A stretch of 64,000 bases of DNA from Chrysemys picta bellii (GCF_011386835.1 NC_088801.1:34720001-34784000); one strand, 5' to 3'; numbered from the stretch's first letter, positions 36,201 through 50,200 are shown. Notes: generated by a model not told the origin, from the letters alone. Made by a program: numbers and translations.

Positions 36201-38289
36201 CTCATTTCCCCTTCCCCTGAAGAGAGCTGAAGCTGCTTCTACTGCTGAGGGATGGTTGTTTGAGCAGGCTGGATGTGTAACGCTGCCTCCTTTTCTCCCT
36301 GTGCAGTGAAGCACTCACAGCAGGCAGAGGATAGAAGACAAGAGGAAAAAGTGCAGACAACAGGAGAGCTGCAAGAAAGGAATGAGTGAAGCTGGTAGGC
36401 TGAGGCTGAACAGAACAAAGCAGAGAGGGAGTGCTAGCAGGAAATGGGGTGTAGACTGAAACAGGAGAAGAGAGTGAGAAGGAAAAAGCAAAGGACATCA
36501 AAGAAAGACAACCAAGGACACTGAAAGGAATTTTAAAAATAGGAGAAATGAAAGAACAGAAGATGACAGAAAGCCCAGAAAGAGGACAGAGGATAAAACA
36601 AAAAGAAGAGTAAGAAATAGAACAGAGGAAGAATATGGGGGAGTAAAATGAAATTAGAAAAGAACTGTGTGCCCAGCAAAAGAGAATAAAGTACAGTGAA
36701 AGAACCAGGACTGGGACAAAAACCATAAAGGGGGAGACAGATAGAAATATAATTTTCTCCCACCATGTTCTTTATTTCCAAGGTGGTCATTCTAAATAGG
36801 AAAGGTGGTGGTGGTGAAGAAAGAAGGGAGTGTGATAATGCAGTAAGGGGGGGAAGTGGGCATGCTTCCTTCTCATGCCCATGCACAGCTTCCTGACGCC
36901 CTACAAAAACTCTTTCCCCCTCCTCACAGGTCTCAGTTTTGAAAATGTGGTGACCATATAGGAAAGAATAGGAGGCAGTGGTTGGATCTCGTATTAATAT
37001 TGATGCTTTTTAAGAATCAATGGAGAATGCAAACTTGTGCTGCTATTAAACAGGTTTTTCTATGTACACTGAAACTTCCCACATGTATTTGCTTTGAAAA
37101 AATAGCCCAGATTTTAACAGACACTTCATGTTAAACTTGCAAGAAAAGGACATGAAATGTTTTGGCTCTCCTGTTAGCTCAAGGAATGGTGACATATAAG
37201 AACACATTTCCCTATGCAGCAAACCATCCCAAAAGTGACAAGTGTTAATGTCAAGCATAATGACCAAGGATACTCTTGTTCTTGATCACCATTTAAGTTT
37301 GCCTGAGAATAGAAAATGAGAACTGCAAGATCATTTGTTTACTAAGGCCTGTTCCTACCTGCCTCCAAGGTGCAGGACTGGATTCAGCATCAGCAGAGAT
37401 TATTTGAGGTACAGTTTAGATGTTCTCTCACATATACATAGCTTCAATATTTTTCAATTCTTCCTGACATAGTTTTATAATCCACAATTCATTTTGTGCC
37501 AGACACTTTGTATTCTCTAGACTGTTTTTTATATACTGTTCTCCATCCTTAGTGCATTCCATTCTGTCAGTTTTCCTTTTATATTTACTATATGTGGAAA
37601 ATACTAAAATGAAAATGCACTTTTAAGCAATGGTTTCTATTCTTTACATAATGTTCTGAAAAGGTTCCACATGATGCTGGCAGATATTGATGCACACAAC
37701 ATTTTAGTTAAGCCAGTGATTGACAGGTACACCACTATTTCTACAATCTGGACTGACTGTTACACAGAGTAAATGCTAATCTTTACCCATTCGGTTGTTT
37801 CTTCACATTATTCATTTTTCCCTCCTGTGTAGAAATGACCTGTTTGCTGCACTCCTAATTCTATGCCCTTGTGCCGATCGACACCAGATTGAAATGAACA
37901 CACCTGGACAGCTACTCTCTGATGGGATTAAGGGAATGACAGTCATAGTAGAGAATATCTCCAATAAATAAATGACTCTTTGGGTGCCAAGGAATAAATC
38001 TTCTAATCTAGGTTAACTGAGCTATATCTAGAGATTGTGTATGTTTATATGGGTGTCTCATTTTATCAAAACAAATTTGCATGCAAAATAAAAGCCCCAC
38101 GATATAATCTTACACTCTAGTCTGTTTTAAATGGGACACTATATGTTGTGTGCACTCAGGACATGGAAGATTTCTTTTTCGTTTTATTGGATGTTAGCTC
38201 CAAAACATTCCAAGAAGTGAATTGTGGGTGACTGATGTCATAACATACAATGTTGGATCAGTAATAAGAAAAGCGCATATTCTAAGTAA

Positions 38290-38345
38290 AGTATCAGGGG
38301 ATAGCCATTTTAGTCTGTATCCACAAAAACATCAAGGAGTCTATA
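38290..38345 (-). mobile_element. Short decayed Penelope-like terminal fragment
   Basis: GTATCAGGGGATAGCCATTTTAGTCTGTATCCACAAAAAC resembles the TCAGAGGGGTAGCCGTGTTAGTCTG end at 32416-32440. Confidence 0.5.
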
Positions 38346-39329
38346 GCTGAGAGACACTTTTCATAGGAGTTCAACAATGACAGCTTGTCCTCTAGCATTT
38401 TAACCATTAGGATGAATTCATACAGGGGCAGTCCAGCTATTACAGCCTTAAAGATGGAGTTTCTTTGCCCACTAAACCACAAGAGGAAAAGCAGTAGAGT
38501 GTTTCTGAAATATAAAGTGGAGAAAAGTGTTCATAATCACAAACAAGATGGAGCAGAATAAAGAAGAGAATAAAATTCCCTTTCAAGGACTTAAGTTTTT
38601 TGTGAATGAGGGCCTAATTATTAAAAGGTATTTAGGTGTCTAAAGATGAAGATAAGGCACCTACAGGGATTTTTCAAAAGCATTTAGGCATTAGAGATGC
38701 CCTGCTCTGAACTGAGTAGGGTGGGAGTCCATGCTCAGATACTTGTGGCTCACAATCACAGAACAAGAAAAACTGAATGGTTACTGACACTACAGTAACT
38801 GTGACTTTTTCAAAGTGTACTTAGTGTGGATCCCACTGTAGATGTGCACGTGCCTCACAAATGTAAGAGGAGACATTTTTCAGTTGCAGTGTCCATTGAG
38901 GTGATGCATGGGAGCATGAGAAGACACTGGGCACATGCAAGGACATAAAGAGTGCAGCAACCACAACTCTCCCTCTGCTCCCTCACAATTCAAAGTCTGT
39001 AGTAGCTGGCCCTTGACAGAAGGTGGTATTTACTATCTGCTTTTTGGGAGCTGGGGGCTGCCAAATTACTTTTGCTGGGTCTATAAAGGCTTCATTTACA
39101 GGGAGGATAAAGAGAGGGCTGGTAGTGGGTAGCGAATGGAACTGTCTGGCATAGCCTTAGGCAAGAACATCTAATGCCCATTTGGTGACTGTGATAGCTG
39201 CCCAGAACCAGTTACCAAAGCTAGGGGTAGGCTCCAGATCACTTCTGGTGTGACTCTTGACATTTCTGTCAAATCTGCTGCCTCAGAGTTCAGGCAGGAG
39301 ATGGGTGCCTCCTGGTGTTTCTTCCTTTA

Positions 39330-41230
39330 TGGATATTCCAGCCCCAGGAATAAGAAAGAGTCCTTGGTCTTTGTTAGAGTTGATATTTGTAGGGTGGCTT
39401 GTTCAAAGGGCAGTTCTTCCTTTGTGGCCTGTACTTCACATGGAACCAAGAGGCTGTGGCTATTGACCTTGTGGCCATGGCTATTGACCTTGTGGCCATA
39501 TCAGATGTATCTGTGGCCATCTGCAGCAATGTGCTTGCAACCATCTGCCCCTGCTTGATGATTTCTTTTATTTCATCCCTGCAATCCTGCAGAGTTCTTA
39601 AAGGAGGGGGTGACTCTCCCTCATGTGAAGCAATTATACTTGGCAAACAATGCCAGGCAGTTCACCACCCACAGCTGTGGTCAGGCTGATGAATATGCCT
39701 TTTGGCCAAATAGGTCAAACTTCTTTGTGTCCTTCTTCTTAGGAACAACTTCAAGGGGCTTCAGGGCTTCAATTTCTCTTGCACTGCAAATGTGACCAAG
39801 GGCCCTGAATTTAGGTGGGCATAAAAGGGTTCAAAACCTCTGATACCAGGTATTGGTACCTGATACCTTTTCTCCATGTACTTGCAGTGAGAGGAAGAAT
39901 GCCCAGCATCTGCCAGAGCCCTTTCGCCAGTTTTAGGATCCCTTCATTAATAGGAAGAGCAATACTGTCCGGTGTTGTCTTGCTCAGATTGTCAAAGGGC
40001 TTCTGAGACTTTTCTTGTATGAATGGAGTTTCAATGTCCACAGTCTCTGCCATCTGGCACAGGGAAGGTGTTGGTATTTCCACTTCATCCAGTGATAAAG
40101 AAAATTCCCTAGGAGGAGACTGAAGTTGCTGTTGTCCCTCTATTATTGCCAGTTCCTATGGGCCCACTTCCAGTTAAAGCATGGGTGGGCTAGCCAGTGA
40201 AGCCATAGGGGGTATGATCTCCTCCTTTTTGTAGACTCAGGAGAGAGCAACCTGCTCCTTGACATATGGGAGGACAATCCCCATTAAAGCCAATATGGCC
40301 AAGTTGTATGACATATGGCTATTGGCCTGGTTGAGACGGACTGGCTCTGTGCCACTCCATCACCAGTTGGGACGGCACTCTGAACAGGTCTCCCCAATAT
40401 GCTCCTTAGAGTCCTTCTCCCATAGCAGAAGAGCAGGTTCTCTATTCAATGTTGTCAAGAAGGAATACATTGGTGATGGCAAGGATGAATATATCTCCTC
40501 TTTGAAGGATTGCCCTAGGGAATGGTATGGAACCAGTGCCTCTTCAGTATCAAGAACATCTCTAGAAGTGATAAGAATGTTTCTGCAACATATCTGAGGT
40601 TCTTGCTGAGCTCCATCATAGGTGTCAGTACCAGAATCGGTGCCAGGTCTCTAAATCTGCCCAGTTGATATGGGGTTGTGTTTTTGAAAAAGCAATGTCT
40701 TGTGTTCTCCCACCATGATTTTCCTCAGGACTTTCCTTCAATCTGGGAGCTATGTTGAGTTAAGGCTAGTGTTGAGGTAGCTAGTGCAGAAGCCAGAGTT
40801 GTCGGCATTGGGGTTTTCGATGCCAAGGCAATCAGTGTGCTGGGACTATCGATGCAGAGGCAGTCAGCACCAGGACTGTCAGAACTGAACGTCTTGTGCA
40901 CTAGGACCTGTGCTAATTTTGAGATGGTTGATGCATCCTCTTCAACTTCTTTCCTCTGGCCAGTCCTGGAGTATGATGATTGCTGACCAATACTGATTTA
41001 TGAGCCTTGCTCTGGTCGTAACTGTCACCTCTGGGTCCAAAGTGACCCACAGGGATAATTCAAATAGACACTACTTGAGCCAAGTGTCATTGGACTTGAA
41101 GGTTCTGGCAGGGAAGGAATGATACAAAAACACCTAGCTGGAAGGTGGCTCTTTCCTAAGCAGAAGGGGCATTGGCTGTGCCTATCCTTGATGGACAAGG
41201 TTTGAACCTGAGAGTTTGGATTCCCCATAA
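39330..41230 (-). pseudogene. Frameshifted DIRS ORF1 (gag-like, LAP2alpha-like region) remnants
   Basis: Fragments include a Cys/His knuckle-like N-terminal piece (CPFCLGKSHLPARC), then ALPINEGILKLAKGLWQ, KKDTKKFDLFGQKAYSSA and EIKEIIKQGQMVASTLLQMATDTSDMATRSIA, in different frames with stops. Confidence 0.7.
39457..39498. repeat. Perfect 21-bp tandem duplication inside DIRS ORF1 remnant
   Basis: TGGCTATTGACCTTGTGGCCA x2; duplicates MATRSIA in frame on the minus strand. Confidence 0.95.
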
Positions 41231-42984
41231 GCCGTAATGGTTGGCAGGAGAGTCATTGATCCATTTCTTCTTCTTCTTCTCTACTTTTTTTAAAGGGATG
41301 TCCTTTTAGATGAAAATGTTAAGATGAGATTTTTTTCACCAAATAGATTGATGAAGAACCAGTTTAAGTTCCCCAAAGAGGATAGTGATCAGACACTTGC
41401 TGGGTTCCATCTCACTATCATAGGTGGTAGAAAGTAACTGATGGAGGGATCACGGCTGCCCTACCCCCTTATGCCTGTGTACAAGAGCATGAAGCAGCAT
41501 AGGGTGTATGCACTACCCTGGACATGGCTAATAAAAATAATCTGATCTTGCACATATTAAAGCACATGCACAGGTATAGTGGGATCCACACTGTCACATA
41601 CTCGAAGAAGAAATTTATGTTTTGTCTTTCCCAGTTGCCCCAAAATTATCTTGCATTTTGGGTGTTTTGTTTTACCCCCATTTGTTTTGGTTGGTTGGTT
41701 GTTTTTCCTGATAAATTTCTAATACTATAAACATCAGTTTTACCATGGCAACAGTAAAAGAGACCAATAGAATTTTAAATGTTTAGATTATAATCAAGTA
41801 TTCAACCAGATTTTGGAGCTTGGATCTAGATAAGCACAATTAGGGTTCACTGAACACAGGAGGATGGGGAGGGAATTTACACTTTAAAGTCAAAGAATAG
41901 TTTTCATGTACCAGTATAATTCTCTTATTAGAAGGGTAGGTGAGTTTTCTATGCTCTTCTGTCTAGGCAGCCAGATATATGACACCATTGAAGGAAAAAA
42001 TCTTGTATTGCCCACACACACAAATCCCCCTACCAAAAATCTTAAAAAAAGAAATACTTACAACCTTCTCAATTGTATCTAATGAACTCAAACTATTTTT
42101 AATATTTTAATTCCATGTGTTTATGGTGCTGTTCTAAGCCACACACCTCGGTATTGCCTAATATAAACATTGCCTGAAAAGGATGGCAAGCATACATAAA
42201 GTCAGAAAGGTGGCTTTTATAAGAGGGGAATCTTCTATTTCCTCAATTACAGCAGTTATTCAATGTGAGTTATGTGCCTAAATATCTTTAAAAATAGGTG
42301 CCTATTTGCATCTTTAGGTGCCTAAATATCTTTAAAATTTTGACCCTAAGTAACTAAACATCCTCAGTGAAATAGTAGGTTTCCTTATCTAACCAAGTTC
42401 TCATCTGTTGAGGTTCAAGAAGACCAATTTACCATGACATCTCCTACCTAGATCAGTAAGAAGGAATGAAATAATATTTCCAGCTCTAAGTTTACCCCAA
42501 TTACTAAAACACAGAAATACAGTCCTGTGTATTTCAAGCACAAGTGAGTACATCTGGAAAATTATATGGTATATGACTTACCCCTACCTAAAACTGGATT
42601 GCAACAATAACTGAGAATGCACCAAACCCACAAAATTTATATCCAGATTCAAATTTCCCCAAAGTTGGGATGTTTGGCTCTAGAGTGGAGGTTTATGTTC
42701 ATGTCTATTGATAACACGCTGAAAACGTCACACAAAATTTGAGCTGAACCCAGAAACCAAACTTCATTTCCTTCTGTTATTCCCTTTTTTCCAGTGATGA
42801 GAAAAGGGGTTCTCAGTGCATTTCCAGTACAGGTAAAACAGGAAGTAGCTATAACTATGACAATATAGCCTGATCTCGCAAGCCAGACTTCCAGGCTAAT
42901 GGCATTCCACTAACGTAACATTAGCATCTAAATGTTTGGATGGTTACCGGAAAAGTGAGTGTAGGTATAGTCTTCTGATTAAAA

Positions 42985-43260
42985 GCAAGGACTATGAATC
43001 AGATATGCAATCTATTCCCAAACCTGCTACTAACTTGCTGTGTGACTTTGGGAAAGTCTCTAAGGACCCTATCTAATTTCCCTCAAAGTGAATGGAAAGA
43101 CTATCATTGACTTTGATTGAAGTTAAATTGGCTGCTGCTGTTTTTGGTGCCTTAACTGACTCACCTGCAAAATTACCTGCCTTCTGGGGCTTGGGGTTGT
43201 GAAACTGAATTAATGTTTGTCAAGTGCTTGGAGATCCAAGAATGGAAGATGCAAATAAAT
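42985..43260 (+). mobile_element. MIR-like SINE interrupted by a short palindromic insert
   Basis: CTACTAACTTGCTGTGTGACTTTGGGAAAGTC core and TAATGTTTGTCAAGTGCTTGGAGATCC tail, separated by about 70 bp of ...GAATGGAAAGACTATCATTGACTTTG... sequence. Confidence 0.55.
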
Positions 43261-43662
43261 TGTAAAGTATGATTATTTAAAAATAGAATAAATGGACTGT
43301 AAAATCTTATGAATCTGACCCATCTGTCATTAAAATCCAACTTGGGTAGAATACTATTCAAAGAATTTAAAATTTGTTAAATAGTAGTTATCAAGATAGA
43401 CTTTGCTCATAATGCAGCAAGCAACAAAAAAGGAAAAAAGTTCACACATACTGTACATTTTTCTTTCTATTTATACAGCAGTAAATTGTATGGCTGTACT
43501 GTAAAATACCCCTGCATTGTCATATTGAAGAACTTCAGATTTAACCTGACCTACTCAGAATGGATATCTTCACTACAGTATGTTATGAGACCTTTGTGAT
43601 ACTTCTTTGATAATTCTTTGCAAACTTCCATTAGAAACATGGAAAAGCCACTTCAAGAGTGC

Positions 43663-44210
43663 NNNNNNNNNNNNNNNNNNNNNNNNNNNNNNNNNNNNNN
43701 NNNNNNNNNNNNNNNNNNNNNNNNNNNNNNNNNNNNNNNNNNNNNNNNNNNNNNNNNNNNNNNNNNNNNNNNNNNNNNNNNNNNNNNNNNNNNNNNNNNN
43801 NNNNNNNNNNNNNNNNNNNNNNNNNNNNNNNNNNNNNNNNNNNNNNNNNNNNNNNNNNNNNNNNNNNNNNNNNNNNNNNNNNNNNNNNNNNNNNNNNNNN
43901 NNNNNNNNNNNNNNNNNNNNNNNNNNNNNNNNNNNNNNNNNNNNNNNNNNNNNNNNNNNNNNNNNNNNNNNNNNNNNNNNNNNNNNNNNNNNNNNNNNNN
44001 NNNNNNNNNNNNNNNNNNNNNNNNNNNNNNNNNNNNNNNNNNNNNNNNNNNNNNNNNNNNNNNNNNNNNNNNNNNNNNNNNNNNNNNNNNNNNNNNNNNN
44101 NNNNNNNNNNNNNNNNNNNNNNNNNNNNNNNNNNNNNNNNNNNNNNNNNNNNNNNNNNNNNNNNNNNNNNNNNNNNNNNNNNNNNNNNNNNNNNNNNNNN
44201 NNNNNNNNNN
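43663..44210. other. N-run (unknown sequence)
   Basis: Directly visible. Confidence 0.98.
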
Positions 44211-47200
44211 TTTCCCCTTTCCTACCAAGAATAAAAATATTGCAATTGTGAACTTTGACAATTATCAACTACAAGTTTTGCACAAGTTAGACACATAAAA
44301 ATAAAAGGACACAACCAAAATGTATTTAAAGAACACAAAGTGAAAGACTGTAAAAATAGATGAAAAGTAAAAATCAAGCTGTATTCTATATTAGATACTT
44401 TTACAACTATGATTACAATAACTCTATTTGTGATTCTGACTTCTGCTTGCTTTCAGTCAATACAACTCATCAGCCTACTCAAGAAACAAAGGAAATTCAC
44501 ATATGAATAGGTAATGTCCCAGTGCGGAAACAATGAGATTTATTTTATTTTAAATTCTGAACTATATAATCTGAAATTCACACTACAGCACATTAGTGCA
44601 TGTTGGAGGCTCCTCACTAGCCTCTTCATTGACTGCAGTTAAACTAAAAAATGCTGATACCCAGAAATCACTCCCCCTTTGCAATACCCTTAATTCCATA
44701 ATTCCCCATGTGCCATTTTCCACTCTATAGCAGAATTGTCACTATTTAAGTGAGGGGAGAGTGACTGCATGATGCTGGCCCAAATGATAGCAGATTTAAG
44801 CTGTACCATCAAAAATGCTGTAGTGTTTTCTGCTTATTTTACTTTGTTATACACCCCCAACAATTTTTGAGTTCTCTCTTTTCTCCCCCCCCCACCTTTT
44901 TTTTATTTTATTTTTCAGTTTAACTAGACTTCAGTGTAGGCTTCTAGTAAGTTCCACTTTGCATCTGACTGGTAAACAATGCCACAGTACAAAACCCAAT
45001 GAAGACAGAAAACAGAAGAAATCTCTAATATGCGCTAGTGCCCTCCAGCCAGCTTTAACTTCTCACAGTCAGATACACCCCAATTTTCAGTAAGGCCACA
45101 ATCTTGTGCATTGTTATTTGCATGTATACTTTTGCTGCGCTAATACAGTGTGCATGCCGTTGTTAGTTTCTAAAACCTGAATGCATAAATGATGAGTTCT
45201 GCATGCATGCATTCTAACACCTGGGCATGCTGGCACTGTCAACTGCATGTACAGGTGTTAACAAGCCCACCAAAGTGAAACCCCTTGGAAATAATAGCAA
45301 CACACAATTCAGTACAGATTGGCTGACACTGTGATGTGATCCCAAAATAAAAGCTTCATGGGACATGAATATAGTATCACTGAAACACATGAACCCCAGA
45401 AGGTTCAGACCCACTTCAGAGGACAGGGATTACAACCAAACATAATGGCACCTTTACCATTTTATACCGCAAAATAGTGTCCATGTGAAACACAGAACTT
45501 CACAGCACTGTGGGCACAAGTTATCAAAATAACTGCAAACAGTATGTATAGCTCATAAGGAAATTTTGGAAACCAACATGCACAGACCTTTGTTTATTTA
45601 ATGTTAAGGTTCATAAGCCTAGGGAGAACACAATGGGTAACATCTCATGAAATCCAAAGTTAAATATTTCAAATATGCTATTTTTATTTTGGGAGTACAA
45701 AGCCACTTCCTCCGAGTGATCCCACTCTCAAATAGAACAATTCAGGACTTCAGTATACATATACTATTGTATACAAATACAGACTGATTTCAGGCTTGTT
45801 TTCAATCCAGTGATTAGGTGCAGCCTGGACTACAACTGTATTCCAGGTAGATCACCGGTTAAAAGGAAGCTGAAGAACTCCAGCTGAATAAGCAACTTGG
45901 CTCAGCACCTGATCTGGCTGAACGGTATGTGTGTAGTGGTACACTTCTGGGAAATTTCTCCAATGGAGAATTTCTAATATAGTCAGACTGTTATCACTAG
46001 ACTTGAATGTCATATAGCATAATTTCACAACGTGATTGGTGACTTATGAGCTCATATATTAAGCTTATTTAGATTGTCCCATGCTCTGTTTTTCAGCTAG
46101 AAATACCTGCCCTTTTACACTGTACTGATGGAGTTTTGACTACATCTGTTCGTTAGATTAAAAATTCCCTGGGGCAAAGCTTGTTCATTCCTTCATCCTG
46201 TTATGTACAGCGCCAAACACATTGTCTGTGTCTGAAAAATACCCAATTAATTTCAAATAATTATTAGCAATAAACAGGCACCCTAAATACAATCATATGT
46301 ATCATACAAGTGAACTTTACATATATAAAAACCAAAGTTAAAAAAGCAATCACACTGCAAGGGAGAGTATATCTGTGCTCTTGAGCCTACACAAAATGCT
46401 GATGCTGAGCCACAGGCTTTAGTAAAATGTTTTTCAGATGGGAATCTGTAGTGCAACATCTCACTGGGAATGAATATGGAGATCCGAGAAAGCTGGTGAG
46501 GTGGAACTCAATGCAGGCACAATGTCATCTAGCTTAAGCTGTGTTTATTGCTGTATTTATCACCTATACAAAAGGTGTTAAGGGAATGGCTCAGTTTTTA
46601 AATTTTAGACCATGCTTTTCCATCAGTCACAAAGAAAGGTGTCTGGGGTAGGAAAGGTACATCAGGTCACCTTTGGGTGCTATTTACTCCATGACTGCTT
46701 CCTATTAATAGACGCGAACAAGTTATTTGGACTTACAATCTTCTATTCCCAAGTGTTCATTTTTGAGGGATCTCATTGATTTTTGCCACCAACTACCAAC
46801 CCCCCTGGGAGGCATTACCAACCGTACTCTCCTCTCTAATCCCATAGGTGCTGTTTTCAAAGTTAAGCTGCTGATGTTTGTTTGCGTGCAGAAACAAACA
46901 AAAAGAGGCAAATGTAAGCAAGTCAAACAGGATCTTTCAGTTTGCTAGAACTACACTTCAACCCAACATTTAATTGACATCCCCTTTTTCTATAAACATC
47001 GCTTGTTAAATTCCTAACATCAGAAGCCTTCTTAAATGAGAATAGAATAATATAAAACTAGTACTTGGCCACTTTTTTTGTTCTCATTTTATAAGCAGTA
47101 ACACACTTGCTCAAAATTATTTCATTTGTTTTCATGATAAAGTGATGCTCAAATTCCAACACTTCAGGTTGCCACGATTATTACGGAAGGTCATCTGTAC

Positions 47201-50200
47201 TGCATATTTGGCATTTTGCAATGTATTTGTCATATTAGTAACTATGGTATCCAATAAACTCATTGATAGAGAATCTAATTGCATAATGTGCCATTACAAC
47301 TTGACATTATAGAGCAGCTCAGATGAAAACACCTGGTGCCCACTCACTGGTTTTCACGTGTTGTTTGTAAAACTTCATATTAGCTTGTGAAATATTTTTT
47401 CCAGAGAAGGGTAGAAGCCCCATTTAAAACAAGACGAAGCAAACTACTAGAAGTAAGTGGACAACAGGGAACAATTTTGCATTGACTGGGCTAGATGCCC
47501 TTTTGCGTCGTCATGTCTTGCTTCCATCTTCCATCCCTTAGCTTCTATGATTTGCTGTAAATACCTGCCAATTTTGGTCCCTGCCCATACTACAGCTGCA
47601 ATCATAATCATAATCATGCTTGTACTAGTAAAGTTTCTCTGATCAATGTGGATAGGGATTATTTTATGAGACTAGTGTTATAAATCCAGACTGTTCAAAA
47701 GTTAGGGTACATAGACATTAGCACATTCTTGCCATCACAGTTCTTGGAAAAGATAGTCCCTGGTCTCTTTGTCCATGGGAAAACATGACTGACCTGTTTA
47801 AAAGAGGGCTGTTAGCATGGGTTCAATGATAAAAGATGACTGAGGCACCACAGATATATATAAGACCATAAGATGAATAAACAATCTCTTTATTTACAGG
47901 TGTCTTCGCAGTCTCAAACTCCTAGAATATTTTAACATTACCTGAGAAACCTGAGAAATAATGACCATTTGCTTACGACATAATATAAAACTGCAAACAT
48001 AAGCAGGTAACCAATATGATACACAGTATCCCTTGGGGAGGAATTTCTACCTTCACTTCAGTGGAGTGTTCTCTAATGGAATAAGTGTTTTTCCACAATT
48101 GATACTACATTAGATGAAATATGCTTGACAGTGAACTTCTGAACTGAATTCATTGCTCCTAGTAAAAAGACAGATGGCCTGATCCTCCTTTGCCATGCAG
48201 TCACCCACAACTATTCAAAATGGGTGTAAAATTCTACTAAGTCAGAAAGGAACATAGCTGGCATGTGTGTGTAATTGTTACTCTACTTAAGGATATGTTA
48301 GCGGGCCATTCTGGTGTAACCTACTGGTCAGTGTGTGTTATACATCCCCCTCTGTGCCCAATCCACAGAGGAAAGGAATCTGTTACAGCTCCCAGCTACA
48401 GAGCCTGGAGCATTAGCTCTATCTGTAAACAATGATGCTTTTAGCTTTTAAATTCCTCATTCAGTCCCTGGTGTGTTGCCCAAGATGGACACCATCACCC
48501 CGGCATCCCTGAAGGAGGTCAGGTTAGCACATATGAAATCCATGCTCCGGAAGGGACAAAGGAGAACTCCAGTATTCTGAAGGAGAACCCCCAAATCATT
48601 TACTTTCCAGCAACACTTCTCTTCCTACTCCCTCCCCACAACCTAGCCTTGTGGATTAATTTACAGCAGTACCTTGGTGCCAAATTCCACTGTTAGAGAG
48701 ACATATACAACTTGTGCATATATTTCTGATGGCAGACTTTGGCTGATAGCGCATAAACCCAGTTTGTTAAAGGAAAAAGTTGTAGGCTTGCCTTCGTTTC
48801 TTCTGCTGAGTTGCATGTTGGGCTTCCCACTCTCCTGTCCCCCAAGGCATAATGCCCTTTTTAAAGGATTAAGAAAAAACACTTCCTGTTCATTGCTCAG
48901 AACAGAGGTGTCAGAACAAAATTCTCCTCCCCCATCTTGATCTTAGTATACACTTTATCCTACCCCTTCATGACAATGACACTAACATTAAAAGAGAATT
49001 TTAAAAAGAGCAATAGCAGCAATCAGGCTGAAGAATTTAATAATGGTATAAAGATTGTTAAAACACACAACATAAAGAGCACTTTTTTTCAGGCAATAGA
49101 ACAATTATTTCAACAAGCTCCAAATGTTAAACTTCAGATCATAGGATTTTTTAAAAATAGTGGAGTCTAAAAATCTGATGATTTGAAAAGTGCAGACAAA
49201 ATTTTGTTGCTGCTTCCATCATAATTACTGCCTTGAAAGTAGATTATTGTTTCATCTTTGTTCCTTGACAAAGATTGTAAGGTTGACAGAAAATGTGTCA
49301 TAATTTCAAGGTCTAGAATAATCTGTAATTTTTTTTCATCCTTTAAAATGATCTACATTTTGATTGGTCACTGATGACACCTCCTTGTCATACTGTAAGT
49401 TGCTGAGGCTGTGAAAGAGCACAAGAGTAGCCAGCCAATCAAATTATAGAACGCGAAGGTCAAAGTAACATTGCATATTGCTGTCCTTCCGAAAATACAT
49501 TGCACAAAGCATTGAAGATGGAAATTTAACCCCTTGCCGGTGTTCTGTAATCCTGATTTTTAGTACCCAAGTAAAATGGAGCAGGCTGTCCTGCTAAGCC
49601 AAAGCAAGCAAAGAAGGATAAAACTCTTAGGAAAAGGAGGTTATAATTAAGGGTATCACTTGCCCCCTCATTCTGCCTTTTGTGGCAAAAAAGTTGCTAG
49701 TGAGGAGAACATGGAGGTGTCTTTTGTTATCCAAAGAAATGAACTATAGTTTTCATCCCACTAGGGGTTTCCACAGTAAATGGAGCTTTTCTTTCTTTCA
49801 GCCCTATTTTAGCAGTTCTCAGACTGGCAAGCTGTTAGAGCATCAAGTTATCTTCTACTGGAGCCACACCAAGGAAAAGAGAGACCCCTTTCTTCTCTTC
49901 AGAGAAAAATAAATAATTTTAAAGAAAAGAAGGTGCATAAAAGAAAATACTATTCATTACACACACAGTTTAAATATATAATATACACACACACACACAA
50001 ACACACGCACATATATCCGATGTATATTTTATGCACATATATTTTACAGGTACAGACCAAAAAAATGCTCTAGTTTTAAACTTAAATACCAAGACATCCA
50101 ATATTTGTTTTATTTCTGAAGCCTGCACCTTATCTCTCTGTCAATATTGTAAAAATGTTTTGCATGATGCAGGCTGTGCATCACAATTGTATTGTGCTGG

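Larger units (their letters stand above)
38779..41613 (-). mobile_element. Decayed, internally deleted DIRS-type (tyrosine-recombinase) retrotransposon
   Basis: Inverted terminal regions share GTGTGGATCCCACT (38824-38837 plus; reverse complement at 41578-41591). The minus strand starts TTTCTTCTTCGAG at 41613. The interior has ORF1-like remnants. No RT, RNase H or recombinase sequence is seen. Family assignment is from recalled vertebrate DIRS ORF1 and terminal motifs. Confidence 0.75.

Noticed and set aside
35980-36886. Hydrophobic Ser/Phe/Leu-rich ORFs (up to 174 aa) resembling membrane proteins
   Set aside because: Produced by polypyrimidine composition bias on the read strand.
39250-39795. 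Plus-strand ORFs of 61-102 aa
   Set aside because: Antisense shadows of the decayed DIRS ORF1.
42795-42832. 38-nt segment with strong acceptor and donor (similar cases near 25256, 28343, 37833 and 44930)
   Set aside because: Splice-like signals alone are common in AT-rich introns; no supporting homology or unambiguous frame.
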